A stretch of DNA of 64,000 bases from a bacterium (GTDB lineage: Bacteria; UBA8248). Shown piece after piece: positions 18,383 through 28,346 of the stretch. Position numbers and translations under genes: made by a program. A model generated the notes under the pieces. That model was given only the letters and a program-made list of their open reading frames with translations, ran no database searches and had not been told where the DNA came from. Where the stretch lies: NCBI GenBank assembly GCA_965261085.1, contig OZ253442.1, positions 3,584,001 to 3,648,000 on the forward strand, read 5' to 3'. Every line of letters begins with the position of its first letter. Positions within the stretch are counted from its first letter, which is position 1.

Positions 18383-19103
18383 GATAGTCGTCGAAAACGT
18401 CTCCGCAGGCTACGGGGCAGTGCGCGTGCTGCACGGGGTCTCCATCGAGGTGAACGACGGGGAGACCGTCGTGCTCCTCGGCACCAACGGCAACGGCAAG
18501 AGCACCCTCATCAAGTGCATCATGGGCATCGTTGAGCCCGACGAGGGCGAGATATACCTGGAAGCCGACGGCGAGCGCATCAGCCTGGTGGGCCGAAAAC
18601 CCGAAGAGATCGTCAACATGGGCGTCACGCTCGTGCCCGAGGGCAGGCGTCTCTTCCCCCTCCTGACGGTGGAAGAAAACCTCCTCTTAGGCGCCTACCG
18701 CGAGGAGGCCCGCCGCGACATCGATCGCAACCTGGCCTTCTCCTTCGAGGCCTTCCCGGTTCTCAAGGAACGCAAGAGCCAGCTCGCAGGCAGCATGAGC
18801 GGGGGCGAGCAGCAGATGCTGGCCGTGGCCCGCGCCTTGATGTCCGCTCCCCGGGTGCTTCTGGTGGATGAGCCTTCCGTCGGCTTGGCGCCCATCCTCG
18901 TTACCCGGGTGATCGCCAAAATCCGCGAACTCAAAGAGAAATACCAGCTCACCATCCTCATGGCCGAGCAGAACTTCAACCAGGCGGTCAAGATAGCCGA
19001 CAGGGGCTACATCATCGTCCACGGCGAAATCGCCTTCGAGGGAGTGAACACCGAGGCCCTCGCGGGCCACGAACTCGTGAAGAAATACTACCTCGGGGTG
19101 TGA
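18372..19103 (+). CDS. LivF-like ABC ATP-binding protein
   Basis: GTNGNGKST, VPEGRR, MSGGEQQM, DEPS; TTG start overlapping the upstream gene. Confidence 0.9.
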   Translation: MAHRIVVENVSAGYGAVRVLHGVSIEVNDGETVVLLGTNGNGKSTLIKCIMGIVEPDEGEIYLEADGERISLVGRKPEEIVNMGVTLVPEGRRLFPLLTVEENLLLGAYREEARRDIDRNLAFSFEAFPVLKERKSQLAGSMSGGEQQMLAVARALMSAPRVLLVDEPSVGLAPILVTRVIAKIRELKEKYQLTILMAEQNFNQAVKIADRGYIIVHGEIAFEGVNTEALAGHELVKKYYLGV

Positions 19104-19410
19104 GGGGACGGACAGCGCTTCGCTGCGCGAATCATCCTCTCCTCCTCTTCACCCGCCTTCCCCAAAAAAATTTGTTTTGCCGTTAGACGTGGACGACGAG
19201 AAAAGCGTTCGCTTATCCTCGCTTGTTTCGATTCAATATCCCAAATCCTTGGCGGGGGTATCGGAGGCCACCTGTATCACGATGCCCTCGGTCTCATCGG
19301 GGTGTAAGAACAGGATTTCGTATCCTCGGGGGGTATAGGCGCCCGGGCCGAAGCCTTCCAAAGCGGGAACCAGAATCAGACAGACCGGAAATCCTCTCAT
19401 TTTTCACTTG

Positions 19411-19439
19411 TTGACATCGGAATACCGAGATTCTATGAT
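19411..19439 (+). promoter_or_regulatory. Sigma70-type promoter of the second Liv-type operon
   Basis: TTGACA-17 bp-TATGAT; the spacer contains an inverted repeat TCGG-N4-CCGA (possible operator). Confidence 0.65.
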
Positions 19440-19526
19440 TTTCGCATCGCAAAAGATTCGAGGAGATATTGGTAGCAGCGCATGAAGCGTCTTCATGTCA
19501 TTCAGTCACTTCAAGGAGGAACATTC

Positions 19527-20810
19527 ATGAGTCGTTTGGACAGAAGAAAATTCCTGAAAGGCGCAGGCCTCATCGGCGGCATCGTCGCCGCGCAGACCGC
19601 TCCCCCGTTCCTGAGAGAGGGTCTCGGCGCCCGACCAATCAAGTGGGGCTCCATCCATCCGACGACGGGTCCCTACGCCACCGAGGCTTTCGACCAGGTG
19701 GAAGGCGTTAAAATCGCCATCGAGGACGTCAACAAGGAAGGCGGCGTGGATGGGCGCCAGATCAAGCTGCTCTTCCGCGACGATCAGTTCAAATGGGATC
19801 AGACCACCACGCACGCGCTCGACCTGATCGACAACCACAGGGTCGATTTCATCGCGGGCTCCATGGTCGGCCCCGAGGAAGTGCGTCTCAACGAGTTCTC
19901 CCGCAAGCGCAAGATCATTTATGCGAACTATCCCCAGCACATCATGTCTACTCCGGGAAACGCGAACAAGATGTCGCCCCTGTTCTTCACGGCGAACACC
20001 ACGCCGTATCAGTTGGCAGCGAGTTCGCTCACCTATATCGCCAAGAACAACCTGGGCAAAAAGATTCACTGCGTATTCGACGACTACATCTGGCCCAAGA
20101 TGTTCATCCCCGCCTTCAAGAAGCTGACGAAGGACTTCAACCTCACGTGGAACGAGAACAGCTCCGTCTCCTGGGTTCCCTTCCCGACCTCGATGGACTA
20201 TTCCGCCACGTTCCCGAGAATTTTGAAAGAAAAACCAGACGTCCTCTACGTGCTGTGCTGGGGACAGCGTCAGGTCGCCTTCGTCAAGCAGGCGCGCGAA
20301 GCCGGTCTCGACAAGAAAGTGAAGATCGTCCTCGGCGCCACCGAGGTCACCATCCCCGAGGCCGCCGGCCCCGGTTCGTATGACGGCTTCAACGCGGCGA
20401 TGATGTGGCACCCCTCTCTCGCGAGCAAATACCCCGCCGCCAAGGCGCTGAACGATAAGTTCCTGGCGCGCCGTAAACGTCCGTGCTCGAGCTACGGAAT
20501 GCTCGCCCACGACCTCACGCGGCTGATTCTGGATACGGCGAAAGAGACCAAGCTCTACAAGCGCCGCGATCACTTCAAGCTCGCAAAGGTGCTGGAAGGC
20601 AAGAAATTCCAGTACAGCAAGGGCCCGTGCGAGATTCGCGCCTGCGACCACGTCTGCATCTCGGAGGTTTTCGTGATGCGCGGCAAATCCAAGGCCGAGA
20701 TGAAACACCCCTTCGATCACATCGAGGTCATCGGCTCCTCCAGCGGCGCGGGCAACACCGTCTCCTGCGAGGCGAAAGGTCTGAAAGGACCCGCCAGCGA
20801 CAGGAGCTAG
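19527..20810 (+). CDS. Liv-type ABC substrate-binding protein with Tat signal
   Basis: MSRLDRRKFLK twin-arginine signal; AGGAGG RBS; NKEGGVDGRQI..DD. Confidence 0.88.
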   Translation: MSRLDRRKFLKGAGLIGGIVAAQTAPPFLREGLGARPIKWGSIHPTTGPYATEAFDQVEGVKIAIEDVNKEGGVDGRQIKLLFRDDQFKWDQTTTHALDLIDNHRVDFIAGSMVGPEEVRLNEFSRKRKIIYANYPQHIMSTPGNANKMSPLFFTANTTPYQLAASSLTYIAKNNLGKKIHCVFDDYIWPKMFIPAFKKLTKDFNLTWNENSSVSWVPFPTSMDYSATFPRILKEKPDVLYVLCWGQRQVAFVKQAREAGLDKKVKIVLGATEVTIPEAAGPGSYDGFNAAMMWHPSLASKYPAAKALNDKFLARRKRPCSSYGMLAHDLTRLILDTAKETKLYKRRDHFKLAKVLEGKKFQYSKGPCEIRACDHVCISEVFVMRGKSKAEMKHPFDHIEVIGSSSGAGNTVSCEAKGLKGPASDRS

Positions 20811-20840
20811 GAAAGCACATCGAAGCATCGTCAGACGCCG

Positions 20841-20877
20841 GCCTGGGCGGTTGGAAATCCAGCCGCCCAGGCTTTGT
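20841..20877 (+). terminator. Stem-loop after the SBP gene
   Basis: GCCTGGGCGG...CCGCCCAGGC followed by TTTGT. Confidence 0.55.
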
Positions 20878-20956
20878 CCTCATGGCGTTTGACAGCGGCG
20901 GCGTTTCATCCTAGACATTGCACTCTTGCGACTTCCCCGTTTCCAAGGAGCGTGTT

Positions 20957-21940
20957 TTGCCAAGCGGCGGTGGTATTGAATTCTCGGAGTTCGTCCAGCA
21001 TTTGTTTCTCGGGCTGGTGCAAGGTTCCTTCTGGGTTCTGCTGGCGCTGGGCCTTTCTATCGTGTTCGGGCTGATGGGCATCATCAACTTCGGACACGGC
21101 GCCTTCTACATGCTGGGCGCGTACGTGGGGTACACGATCTCGAACCTCATTTTCACGCCCATTTTCGGACCGAACGTGGGCTTCATCATGGCCGTCGCAC
21201 TTGTACCGGTCGTCATGTTCGGAATCGGGATGGTTTTTGAGAAATACGTCATCAGCAATATATACAATACGGAAAACGAGCGGTTCTCGGGCGTTCTCAT
21301 CATGTTCGGCACGTCCATCTTCTTGCCGGACTTCGTCCGCTTCATCTGGGGCAGGCCGGGGAAACCCTTCAACATCCCGCCGATGTTCGGGTTCTCCCTC
21401 TTAAAGACGGGCACGCTCGACATCTCGGCCTACAGGAGCTTCGCCATCATCACCGCGGCGATTCTCGTCGCCCTCCTCTGGCTGCTCATCTACAGGACCA
21501 ACCTGGGCATGATGATTCGCGCGGGCACCAACAACAACACGATGGTGAAGGTGCTGGGCATCAACGTGTCACGTATCTGGCGGCTCACCTTCGGTTTGGG
21601 CATCGCCCTTGCCGGATTCTCCGGCGTCATGATAGCGCCCCTGTTCGCGGTGGACGCCACGATGGGCGAACTGATTCTGGTGCAGACCTTCATCGTCGTC
21701 GTCGTCGGCGGCATGGGGAGTTTCATCGGCCCGGTGATCGGCGGGCTGATTCTGGGCCAGCTCTGGGCGCTCACGCCCCTGGTGGGCAGAACCCAATACG
21801 TGGTTCAAAACTGGACAGGCACGGTGATAGGCCCCGATTTCTGGGAAAAAGCGTCCGACATCCTGCTCTTCATCGTGATGGCGGTAATCCTTCTCTTGAG
21901 ACCAAGAGGGTTGTTCGGCCAAGAAGGCGCTTTTGATTAA
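20957..21940 (+). CDS. LivH-like ABC permease
   Basis: GLSIVFGLMGIINFGHG, VVGGMGS, RPRGLFG; TTG start after AAGGAG. Confidence 0.9.
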   Translation: MPSGGGIEFSEFVQHLFLGLVQGSFWVLLALGLSIVFGLMGIINFGHGAFYMLGAYVGYTISNLIFTPIFGPNVGFIMAVALVPVVMFGIGMVFEKYVISNIYNTENERFSGVLIMFGTSIFLPDFVRFIWGRPGKPFNIPPMFGFSLLKTGTLDISAYRSFAIITAAILVALLWLLIYRTNLGMMIRAGTNNNTMVKVLGINVSRIWRLTFGLGIALAGFSGVMIAPLFAVDATMGELILVQTFIVVVVGGMGSFIGPVIGGLILGQLWALTPLVGRTQYVVQNWTGTVIGPDFWEKASDILLFIVMAVILLLRPRGLFGQEGAFD

Positions 21941-21972
21941 AGATCCTTATCGTCTCGGGAGAGATTTCTAAA

Positions 21973-23175
21973 GTGGACTCTGCAGCTCCAAAAAACCGAT
22001 TCACTCCCAGGGAATTCTGGGCCTGGATCTCGGAAGTTTTAGACAACTACGGAATACTGATACTCGCCGGTCTCCTGCTGGTGTACCCGTTTTTCTTCAG
22101 CGCCCTCAACGATTCGATCATCTGGCTCGAGGACAACAACTGGGAGACCTCCGCCGAGATTCTAACGGAGATTCGCGGCTTCGTGCCGAGCACGCCCCTG
22201 ATGATTCAGATTCTCATCTACACGCTGTTCGGCATCGCCTTCAACATCCTGCTCGGCAACACCGGAATGCTCAGCCTGGGCCATTGCGCTTTCTTCGGCG
22301 TGGGCGGCTACACCGTGGGCATCATGCACGCCTGGATCAAGCCCGGCACCTATGCCCCCGACTGGATGGTCAGCGCCTTCAAGGTGTTGCCTCTGGAAAT
22401 CTCGCTCATCACTTGCGTCATCGTTTCCACCTTCGTCGCCTGGCTCATCGGCACCATCTGCAGTTCGAAGCGCGGCGTGTATTTCGCCATGGTCACCCTC
22501 TCCATCAGCATGATCTTCTACTACTCCGCACAGACGTTCGACGACCTCACGGGCGGAACGGACGGCCTGGGAGGGCTTGAGAACATGCGGCTGGGCTCCA
22601 TCGGCCTTCGCGTGGGCATCATGGACGCGAACATCACCTATTACTTCGTCTTGATACTGAGCATCATTTGCATCGCCGTCATCTGGCAGGTGCTTCGCTC
22701 GCCGTACGGTCACGTGCTCAGAGCGATTCGTGAAAACGAGAACCGCGCGCGCATCTGCGGCTACAACGTGGCGAAAGTCCGGCTCATGGCGTTCACGATG
22801 AGCGGGGCCATCTCGGGAGTCGCGGGCGCGCTGGCGATCATATACGGCGAGACCGTGCCAATCGAGAACATCCACTTCGTCACCTCGGGGCAGATCGTCA
22901 TCATCACCCTCTTCGGAGGCGCGGGCACCTTCCTGGGGCCTGCGGTGGGTTCGTTCATCTACTGGTACCTGAGGCAGTTGATGAGCGTGGAATTCGTGAA
23001 ATACCTGGCCATCTTCCAGTATTGGGAAGCGTGGGTGGGCGGCATCTTCGTGCTGATCGTGCTCTTCGTGCCCTCGGGCATTCTGGGCACCATCCGCAAC
23101 ATGACGCTCGAATACCGCGAGAAGAAATATCTGGCGAAAAGAGAGGCGGCCGAGGCGGCGGCCGACCCGGAATAA
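21973..23175 (+). CDS. LivM-like ABC permease
   Basis: NILLGNTGMLSLGH, YFAMVTL, TGGTDG, AIRENE. Confidence 0.9.
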   Translation: MDSAAPKNRFTPREFWAWISEVLDNYGILILAGLLLVYPFFFSALNDSIIWLEDNNWETSAEILTEIRGFVPSTPLMIQILIYTLFGIAFNILLGNTGMLSLGHCAFFGVGGYTVGIMHAWIKPGTYAPDWMVSAFKVLPLEISLITCVIVSTFVAWLIGTICSSKRGVYFAMVTLSISMIFYYSAQTFDDLTGGTDGLGGLENMRLGSIGLRVGIMDANITYYFVLILSIICIAVIWQVLRSPYGHVLRAIRENENRARICGYNVAKVRLMAFTMSGAISGVAGALAIIYGETVPIENIHFVTSGQIVIITLFGGAGTFLGPAVGSFIYWYLRQLMSVEFVKYLAIFQYWEAWVGGIFVLIVLFVPSGILGTIRNMTLEYREKKYLAKREAAEAAADPE

Positions 23176-23187
23176 CGGAAAGACAAA

Positions 23188-23922
23188 ATGCCTATCCTGG
23201 AAACCAAAAACCTGAGCAAGCATTTCGACGCCCTCATCGCCGTGGACGGCGTGGATTATTCGGTCAATGCCGGCGAGTTGCGCTCCATCATCGGCCCCAA
23301 CGGCGCGGGCAAAACGACTTTCTTCAACATGATCGCGGGCGAACTGATGCCCACATCGGGACAGGTGCTCTTCGATGGAGAAGACGTATCGGAAGTCCCC
23401 GCCCATGAGCGCTCCCACTTAGGGATCGGCCGCACCTACCAGATCACCAACATCTTTCCCAAGCTGAGCGTGCTGGAGAACATCCGCATCGCCGTGCAAT
23501 CGCGCAAGATGACGTTTAACCTTTGGTCGACGATTGGAAACCACAAGGAGTTGATCGAAAGGGCCGACGAGATACTCGAGCGCATCAACATGACGGAAAA
23601 ACGCGGCGAGCTCGCCGGCACGCTCGCGCACGGCGAGCAACGCTACCTGGAAATCGGAATCGCTCTCGCCACCGACCCCAAGCTGCTCCTGCTCGATGAG
23701 CCGACGGCGGGCATGAGCCCCGAGGAAACGATTCAGACGGGTGAGTTCATCAAGAGCCTGGCCGATCCGCTCACCATCGTGCTCGTGGAGCACGACATGG
23801 ATGTGGTGCTGGGCATTTCGGACAAAATCACCGTGCTGCACAACGGCGCTTTTCTCGCCGAGGGCACGGTGGAGGAAGTTCGCGCGAACGCAGAAGTGCA
23901 GCGCGTATACCTGAGGGAATAA
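23188..23922 (+). CDS. LivG-like ABC ATP-binding protein
   Basis: GPNGAGKTT, LLLDEPTAGM, VEHDM. Confidence 0.92.
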   Translation: MPILETKNLSKHFDALIAVDGVDYSVNAGELRSIIGPNGAGKTTFFNMIAGELMPTSGQVLFDGEDVSEVPAHERSHLGIGRTYQITNIFPKLSVLENIRIAVQSRKMTFNLWSTIGNHKELIERADEILERINMTEKRGELAGTLAHGEQRYLEIGIALATDPKLLLLDEPTAGMSPEETIQTGEFIKSLADPLTIVLVEHDMDVVLGISDKITVLHNGAFLAEGTVEEVRANAEVQRVYLRE

Positions 23923-24626
23923 TGCTCGAAGTAGATTCCATCAACACGTTTTACGGCTTAAGCCACGTGCTTCACGACTTGAGCCTCAAGGTGGGCGAAG
24001 GCGAGGCGGTGGCCTTCCTCGGCAGGAACGGGGCGGGCAAATCCACCACCATGAAGACCGTCATGGGTCTGTTGACGCCCCAGAGCGGCAAAATCACCAT
24101 GGAGGGAAAAGACATCACCGAGGCCGAGGCGCACACCGTCTCGCTCGCGGGGGTTTCATGGATCCCCGAGGATCGCCAGGTGTTCACCAACCTCACCGTG
24201 TTCGAAAACCTCAAGATCAGCCGCATCCCCATCGACGGCGCCAAGAACCTCGACACGCATCTCGACTGGATTTTCTCCCTCTTCCCGCGTCTCAAGGAGC
24301 GCATCAACAACAAGGGCAACCAGTTGAGCGGCGGCGAGCAGCAGATGCTCACCATGGCGCGGGGCCTCGGCACGGAGCCCAAGCTCATCATGGTGGACGA
24401 ACCCACCGAGGGCCTGATGCCCGCCTATGTCGAAACCATCGAAAACGTGCTGGTGGAGATCCAGAAAAAAGGCATCGCCATCCTGCTCGTGGAGCAGAAC
24501 TTCCGCATGGCGCTCAACATCACCAAGCGCGCCTATCTGATAGAAAAAGGCATCATCCAGTGGGAAGGCGCTTCCGCCGACCTGCTCGAAGACCAGGAAA
24601 CCCGAAAGAGGTATCTGGGCGTCTAG
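23922..24626 (+). CDS. LivF-like ABC ATP-binding protein
   Basis: GRNGAGKST, LSGGEQQM, DEPTEGL, VEQN. Confidence 0.92.
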   Translation: MLEVDSINTFYGLSHVLHDLSLKVGEGEAVAFLGRNGAGKSTTMKTVMGLLTPQSGKITMEGKDITEAEAHTVSLAGVSWIPEDRQVFTNLTVFENLKISRIPIDGAKNLDTHLDWIFSLFPRLKERINNKGNQLSGGEQQMLTMARGLGTEPKLIMVDEPTEGLMPAYVETIENVLVEIQKKGIAILLVEQNFRMALNITKRAYLIEKGIIQWEGASADLLEDQETRKRYLGV

Positions 24627-24687
24627 CCCAGGCGCAGGAAAACCCCGCCGAACCTTCCGGCCTTTCGACATCCAAGAAGGAGACGAT

Positions 24688-25113
24688 ATGGACCAGCGTC
24701 TCAGCATCATCACCCTGAGCGTAGACGATCTTCCGCGTGCGCGCGCGTTCTACGAGGCGCTCGGCTGGCGTGTGGCGAGCGAGGAGCACGCCGATTCCAT
24801 CGTCTGCTTCACGCTCAACGGAATCGGTTTCGCCCTCTATTCCCGCGCCAAACTCATCGAGGATATCGGGCCACAGGCCGGCAGCGGCGACGCGACGGGT
24901 GCGGTCACCCTGGCCTACAACGTTCGCGCACGAGAGGACGTCGCCAAGGTGCTTGCCGAAGCGGAACGCGCCGGCGGCGTCATCGTCAAGCCTGCGCAGG
25001 ATGTCTTCTGGGGCGGGCATTCGGGATATTTCCAGGATCCCGACGGACACTTTTGGGAAGTCGCCTGGAACCCCTTCTCACCGCTCGATGACAAGGGAAA
25101 CTTCGCCTGGTAG
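24688..25113 (+). CDS. VOC/glyoxalase family protein
   Basis: ITLSVDDL..ARAFYE, FWGGHSGYFQDPDGHFWE. Confidence 0.9.
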   Translation: MDQRLSIITLSVDDLPRARAFYEALGWRVASEEHADSIVCFTLNGIGFALYSRAKLIEDIGPQAGSGDATGAVTLAYNVRAREDVAKVLAEAERAGGVIVKPAQDVFWGGHSGYFQDPDGHFWEVAWNPFSPLDDKGNFAW

Positions 25114-25302
25114 GCGGTGGGATCATAGCACGCAAGAAACCGCATCCCGGCGAAGACTCAAGCGGAGCACCCGAGTTCCCGACGGCTCGAACCTTTTGCA
25201 GCTTCAGGCTTCATGTCTGATGAGGGTGCGCAGAGCGCAAGCGCCTCTCAAATTCCTTGCCGAAGCCTCCTCCCTCACACCCGAAGCGCGATGAGCAAGA
25301 TT

Positions 25303-25576
25303 ACTCCCCCCTTGAGAGTCATTTCCGACAAATGCAGGAGGGAATGTCGCAGAAGCCGAGCCTCTGGCGAAGGCTGATGCGGTGGGGGGGTAATTCCGAG
25401 CGAGGAATTGCGAACCGATGTTCTATTCGTCCGCTGCAATCGCTCCTTCATCAGTCACGAGAATTTCTCCTTTTTCAGTCGAAATTCACCCCCCACCGGC
25501 GCGACTGCGGGCTTACGCCCTTGTCTTGCCGACAATCCCTCATTCTTCAATCGGGATTGACCCTCAAGGGGGGAGT
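25303..25576. repeat. Long palindromic MITE/REPIN-like element (ACTCCCCCCTTGAG...CTCAAGGGGGGAGT family)
   Basis: 14-bp perfect terminal inverted repeat; internal homology to 35107-35310 and 52670-54645. Confidence 0.85.
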
Positions 25577-25675
25577 GAATTCTAAGACCTCAAGTAGAAG
25601 GTGGTCCAAACAAGAGTGATTCGCCGACACCGGCTCCGAGCGGACGGGAGAGCAGGATCAGTGCGATTTTCCGTT

Positions 25676-25879
25676 CGTCATTCCGGCGCATGCCGGAATC
25701 AAGGCGGACGAGACGTTCATTGGTTCTGGTCAACCTTGCGGTTGCCACCGGCATCCGCCGGAATAACGGCGATGTGGCCTATTGCTCACAATGCGAGAGG
25801 GAGTACGCTTCCCTCCCCGGACTCGATACGAAAAACAGGGCGGACACGCAGGTGGCAGACATATATGTCTGACCCTACG
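25676..25879. repeat. REP cluster: GTCATTCCGGC-type pair plus a GTAG-type REP
   Basis: CGTCATTCCGGCGCATGCCGGAATC (also at about 62794); CAGACATATATGTCTGACCCTAC. Confidence 0.75.
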
Positions 25880-25929
25880 GGCATGCGCCGAACGAGAGAG
25901 CAAGATTGCCTGAACTCGATGCGACGCGC

Positions 25930-25975
25930 CTCAACGCTCATCGACCAAGCGGCGCGCCTTCACGTCGCGCATCGG
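25930..25975 (-). repeat. Duplicated 46-bp 3' end of the CoA-ligase gene
   Basis: Identical to 26984-27029, including the stop codon. Confidence 0.95.
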
Positions 25976-26123
25976 GTCTGGTCAACCTTGCGGTTGCCAA
26001 CAGAATGCGCCTGAATGACGGCGTTATGAAGCAGTCCAGACCGATGCACAAGACGCAAATTGGTGGAGACATCCTGCGAATCACACTGTACTGTGAAATG
26101 GTTTCACTTTCCTTACACAACCG

Positions 26124-26879
26124 TTATCTGGAACCTTTGCAGTACCAATTGACGTCGTCGTGAACATCTAATTGCCAAGTCAGTGGTAAAAGAACGGACC
26201 GAGCCTCTCCTAATGCATCTTCAGCTTCGGTACGTGTCGGTCGATAGCCTTCTTTATGAACCACTTCATTCCTCAGCTCAGGTATATTCGTGCGCCTTAT
26301 TCGCTCAAGAAAGTGTGCAAGTTTCCTGTCTACTAACGAGTTCAATTCGGCATCCTCGGGAGGGTTAGAATTAGCAAGAGCAACTATGTACGTCTCGGAT
26401 TCACCTAGATTGGATGGTGGAATAGAATCAATGGCTAAATGCAAGAAAAGGTTACGCATCTTCCAAAAAGTGAATTTCTTTGTTTTACTCGAAAGCTCCC
26501 GAGATAACTGGTTCATTTTAGCCTGGGCATTGGAACCCCGGTTAGAGTTGGCTCCAAATGGCACATAGAGAAGCTTTACTCTCAAATATAAGCTGAAAAA
26601 CATTTCATATGCTTGACATACATTTAGAATGCAGTTCATGTAGCGCTTGGCTTCAAGAAGATCATGACAAGAATAAATGATTGCTTCGTGCCGTTCATTT
26701 ACGCTGTCGCCATTGAGCCAAAAACCTCCTTTACAATCAAAGCAAGATACATTGGCTCCAAATATCGGTTCGAACGTACAGAGATCCGATGCGCGATTGA
26801 ATACAAGCTCGTGACCACACCGAGGACAATCAACAACGATATTTTCGTAGTCGGAATATTTTATCTTTGCTGTCAGCAT
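26124..26879 (-). CDS. AT-rich hypothetical protein with an N-terminal Zn ribbon and a HEPN-like RxxxxH motif
   Basis: CPRC...CFDC; LRNEVVH near the C-terminus; AT-richer than the flanks. Confidence 0.65.
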   Translation of the reverse strand: MLTAKIKYSDYENIVVDCPRCGHELVFNRASDLCTFEPIFGANVSCFDCKGGFWLNGDSVNERHEAIIYSCHDLLEAKRYMNCILNVCQAYEMFFSLYLRVKLLYVPFGANSNRGSNAQAKMNQLSRELSSKTKKFTFWKMRNLFLHLAIDSIPPSNLGESETYIVALANSNPPEDAELNSLVDRKLAHFLERIRRTNIPELRNEVVHKEGYRPTRTEAEDALGEARSVLLPLTWQLDVHDDVNWYCKGSR

Positions 26880-26984
26880 TGTTTTTCGGTTTCCTGCAAA
26901 CTCGACCCATTCATGACTTACCGCTATCGAAGAGGAATTTGTATCATACCGATATGGCTTCGATCCGCCTCGCAGTTTCGTATC

Positions 26985-28325
26985 TCAACGCTCATCGACC
27001 AAGCGGCGCGCCTTCACGTCGCGCATCGGATCGTGAATCACGCCCGGGGCCACGAATTCGAGAACCGGCCTTATCATCACCGCTCCCCGCACCCGATCCG
27101 GCAAGGACGCGCCGAGCCGCTCGCGCTCGGAATCCTCGGCTTCGAGGCGAATGATCAACTCATCCATCGAATCCGCGTCGTCGGGTGTTGATTTGCGAAT
27201 CCGGATCTGAAACTCGCGAATCACCCGCTCTTTCGCCAGAAGGTCGAAGACGATCTCGGGGTTCATCAGCATCCCGCGCACCTTGAGGAGGTCACCCGTC
27301 CTTCTCGGCAGGCGCACGATGCGCTCGCCCACCCGCCCGCAGTGCGGACAAGGCTCCCATTTGAGCGCAATGAGGTCTCCGATGAGATAGCGCAGAAACA
27401 CCGTGCCCCTGCGGTGCAGGTGCGTGAGGGCTATCGCCCCCTCCTCCCCCTCGGCGACACGCTCGCCCGTCTCGGGGTTCACCACTTCGAGCAGATAGAG
27501 TTCGGGCACGACGTTGTGCGGCATCGCCTCGTTCGCGCACTGCACGAGGCCGCCCTGCATCTCCGTCGCCGCGTAGCGTACGCGCACCTGCGGGTCGCGC
27601 GCCCCGAAATAGCGCAAGTGATCCATATACTCCTCGCGCAGGGCGTCGCTCACCGCTTCGCCCGTGGTGAGCACCATGCGCGCGCGCGGGAGTTTGACGC
27701 CGCGCTCCCGCGCCCTCCTCAGGAACCGGCGGACGAAACTCGGCACCCCCCAGATGATGGTGGCCCCCGAATCAGCCACCACGTCGAGAGCCTCATCGAG
27801 CGACCTTCGCACGGGATATTCAGGATGCGGGCTACCCGTCAGCGCGCTCACCACGGGAAGACCCATGATTTCCGCGGAGCGCACGCAGCAGAGAAACCCA
27901 CCCAGGGGCATGGGCGAGAGCGGGTAGAGATTCGCGACGACGTCCCCGGCCCGCAGGCCTTCCGCCTCGTTGCAGGCCCTCGCCTGGAGCATGATGTGGT
28001 ACTGATCGTGCGTGGTGTTGAAAAAAGGCGACGGTCGCCCGCTCATGGTGCCCGTGGTGTAGGCCACGTTCCACATCGTCCGCTCCTCGAAGGGAAGCTC
28101 GGGCAGCCAGGCGGGATCGAGGCTGAAATCCTCGGGCGCGGCCATGAAATCCTCTTTTTTCGTCAGGGGGATTTTCTGGAGATCGTCGAGTTCCTGTACC
28201 GCCTCGGGGATGAGGTTCGCCTCCGCGAAGCGGCGCTTGTAAAACGGATGCGCCCGCCCGCACAGGGCGACCATTCTCCGCAAGCGTTTTCTCCTCAACT
28301 CGTGCAGCGCATCTTGCTCGTTCAT
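26985..28325 (-). CDS. Phenylacetate-CoA ligase-like AMP-binding protein
   Basis: YTTGTMSGRP, TGE, YAATE, RYLIGD, RTGDLLKVRG. Confidence 0.85.
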   Translation of the reverse strand: MNEQDALHELRRKRLRRMVALCGRAHPFYKRRFAEANLIPEAVQELDDLQKIPLTKKEDFMAAPEDFSLDPAWLPELPFEERTMWNVAYTTGTMSGRPSPFFNTTHDQYHIMLQARACNEAEGLRAGDVVANLYPLSPMPLGGFLCCVRSAEIMGLPVVSALTGSPHPEYPVRRSLDEALDVVADSGATIIWGVPSFVRRFLRRARERGVKLPRARMVLTTGEAVSDALREEYMDHLRYFGARDPQVRVRYAATEMQGGLVQCANEAMPHNVVPELYLLEVVNPETGERVAEGEEGAIALTHLHRRGTVFLRYLIGDLIALKWEPCPHCGRVGERIVRLPRRTGDLLKVRGMLMNPEIVFDLLAKERVIREFQIRIRKSTPDDADSMDELIIRLEAEDSERERLGASLPDRVRGAVMIRPVLEFVAPGVIHDPMRDVKARRLVDER

Positions 28326-28346
28326 AGCCTCTTGTCTCCCACCTTT

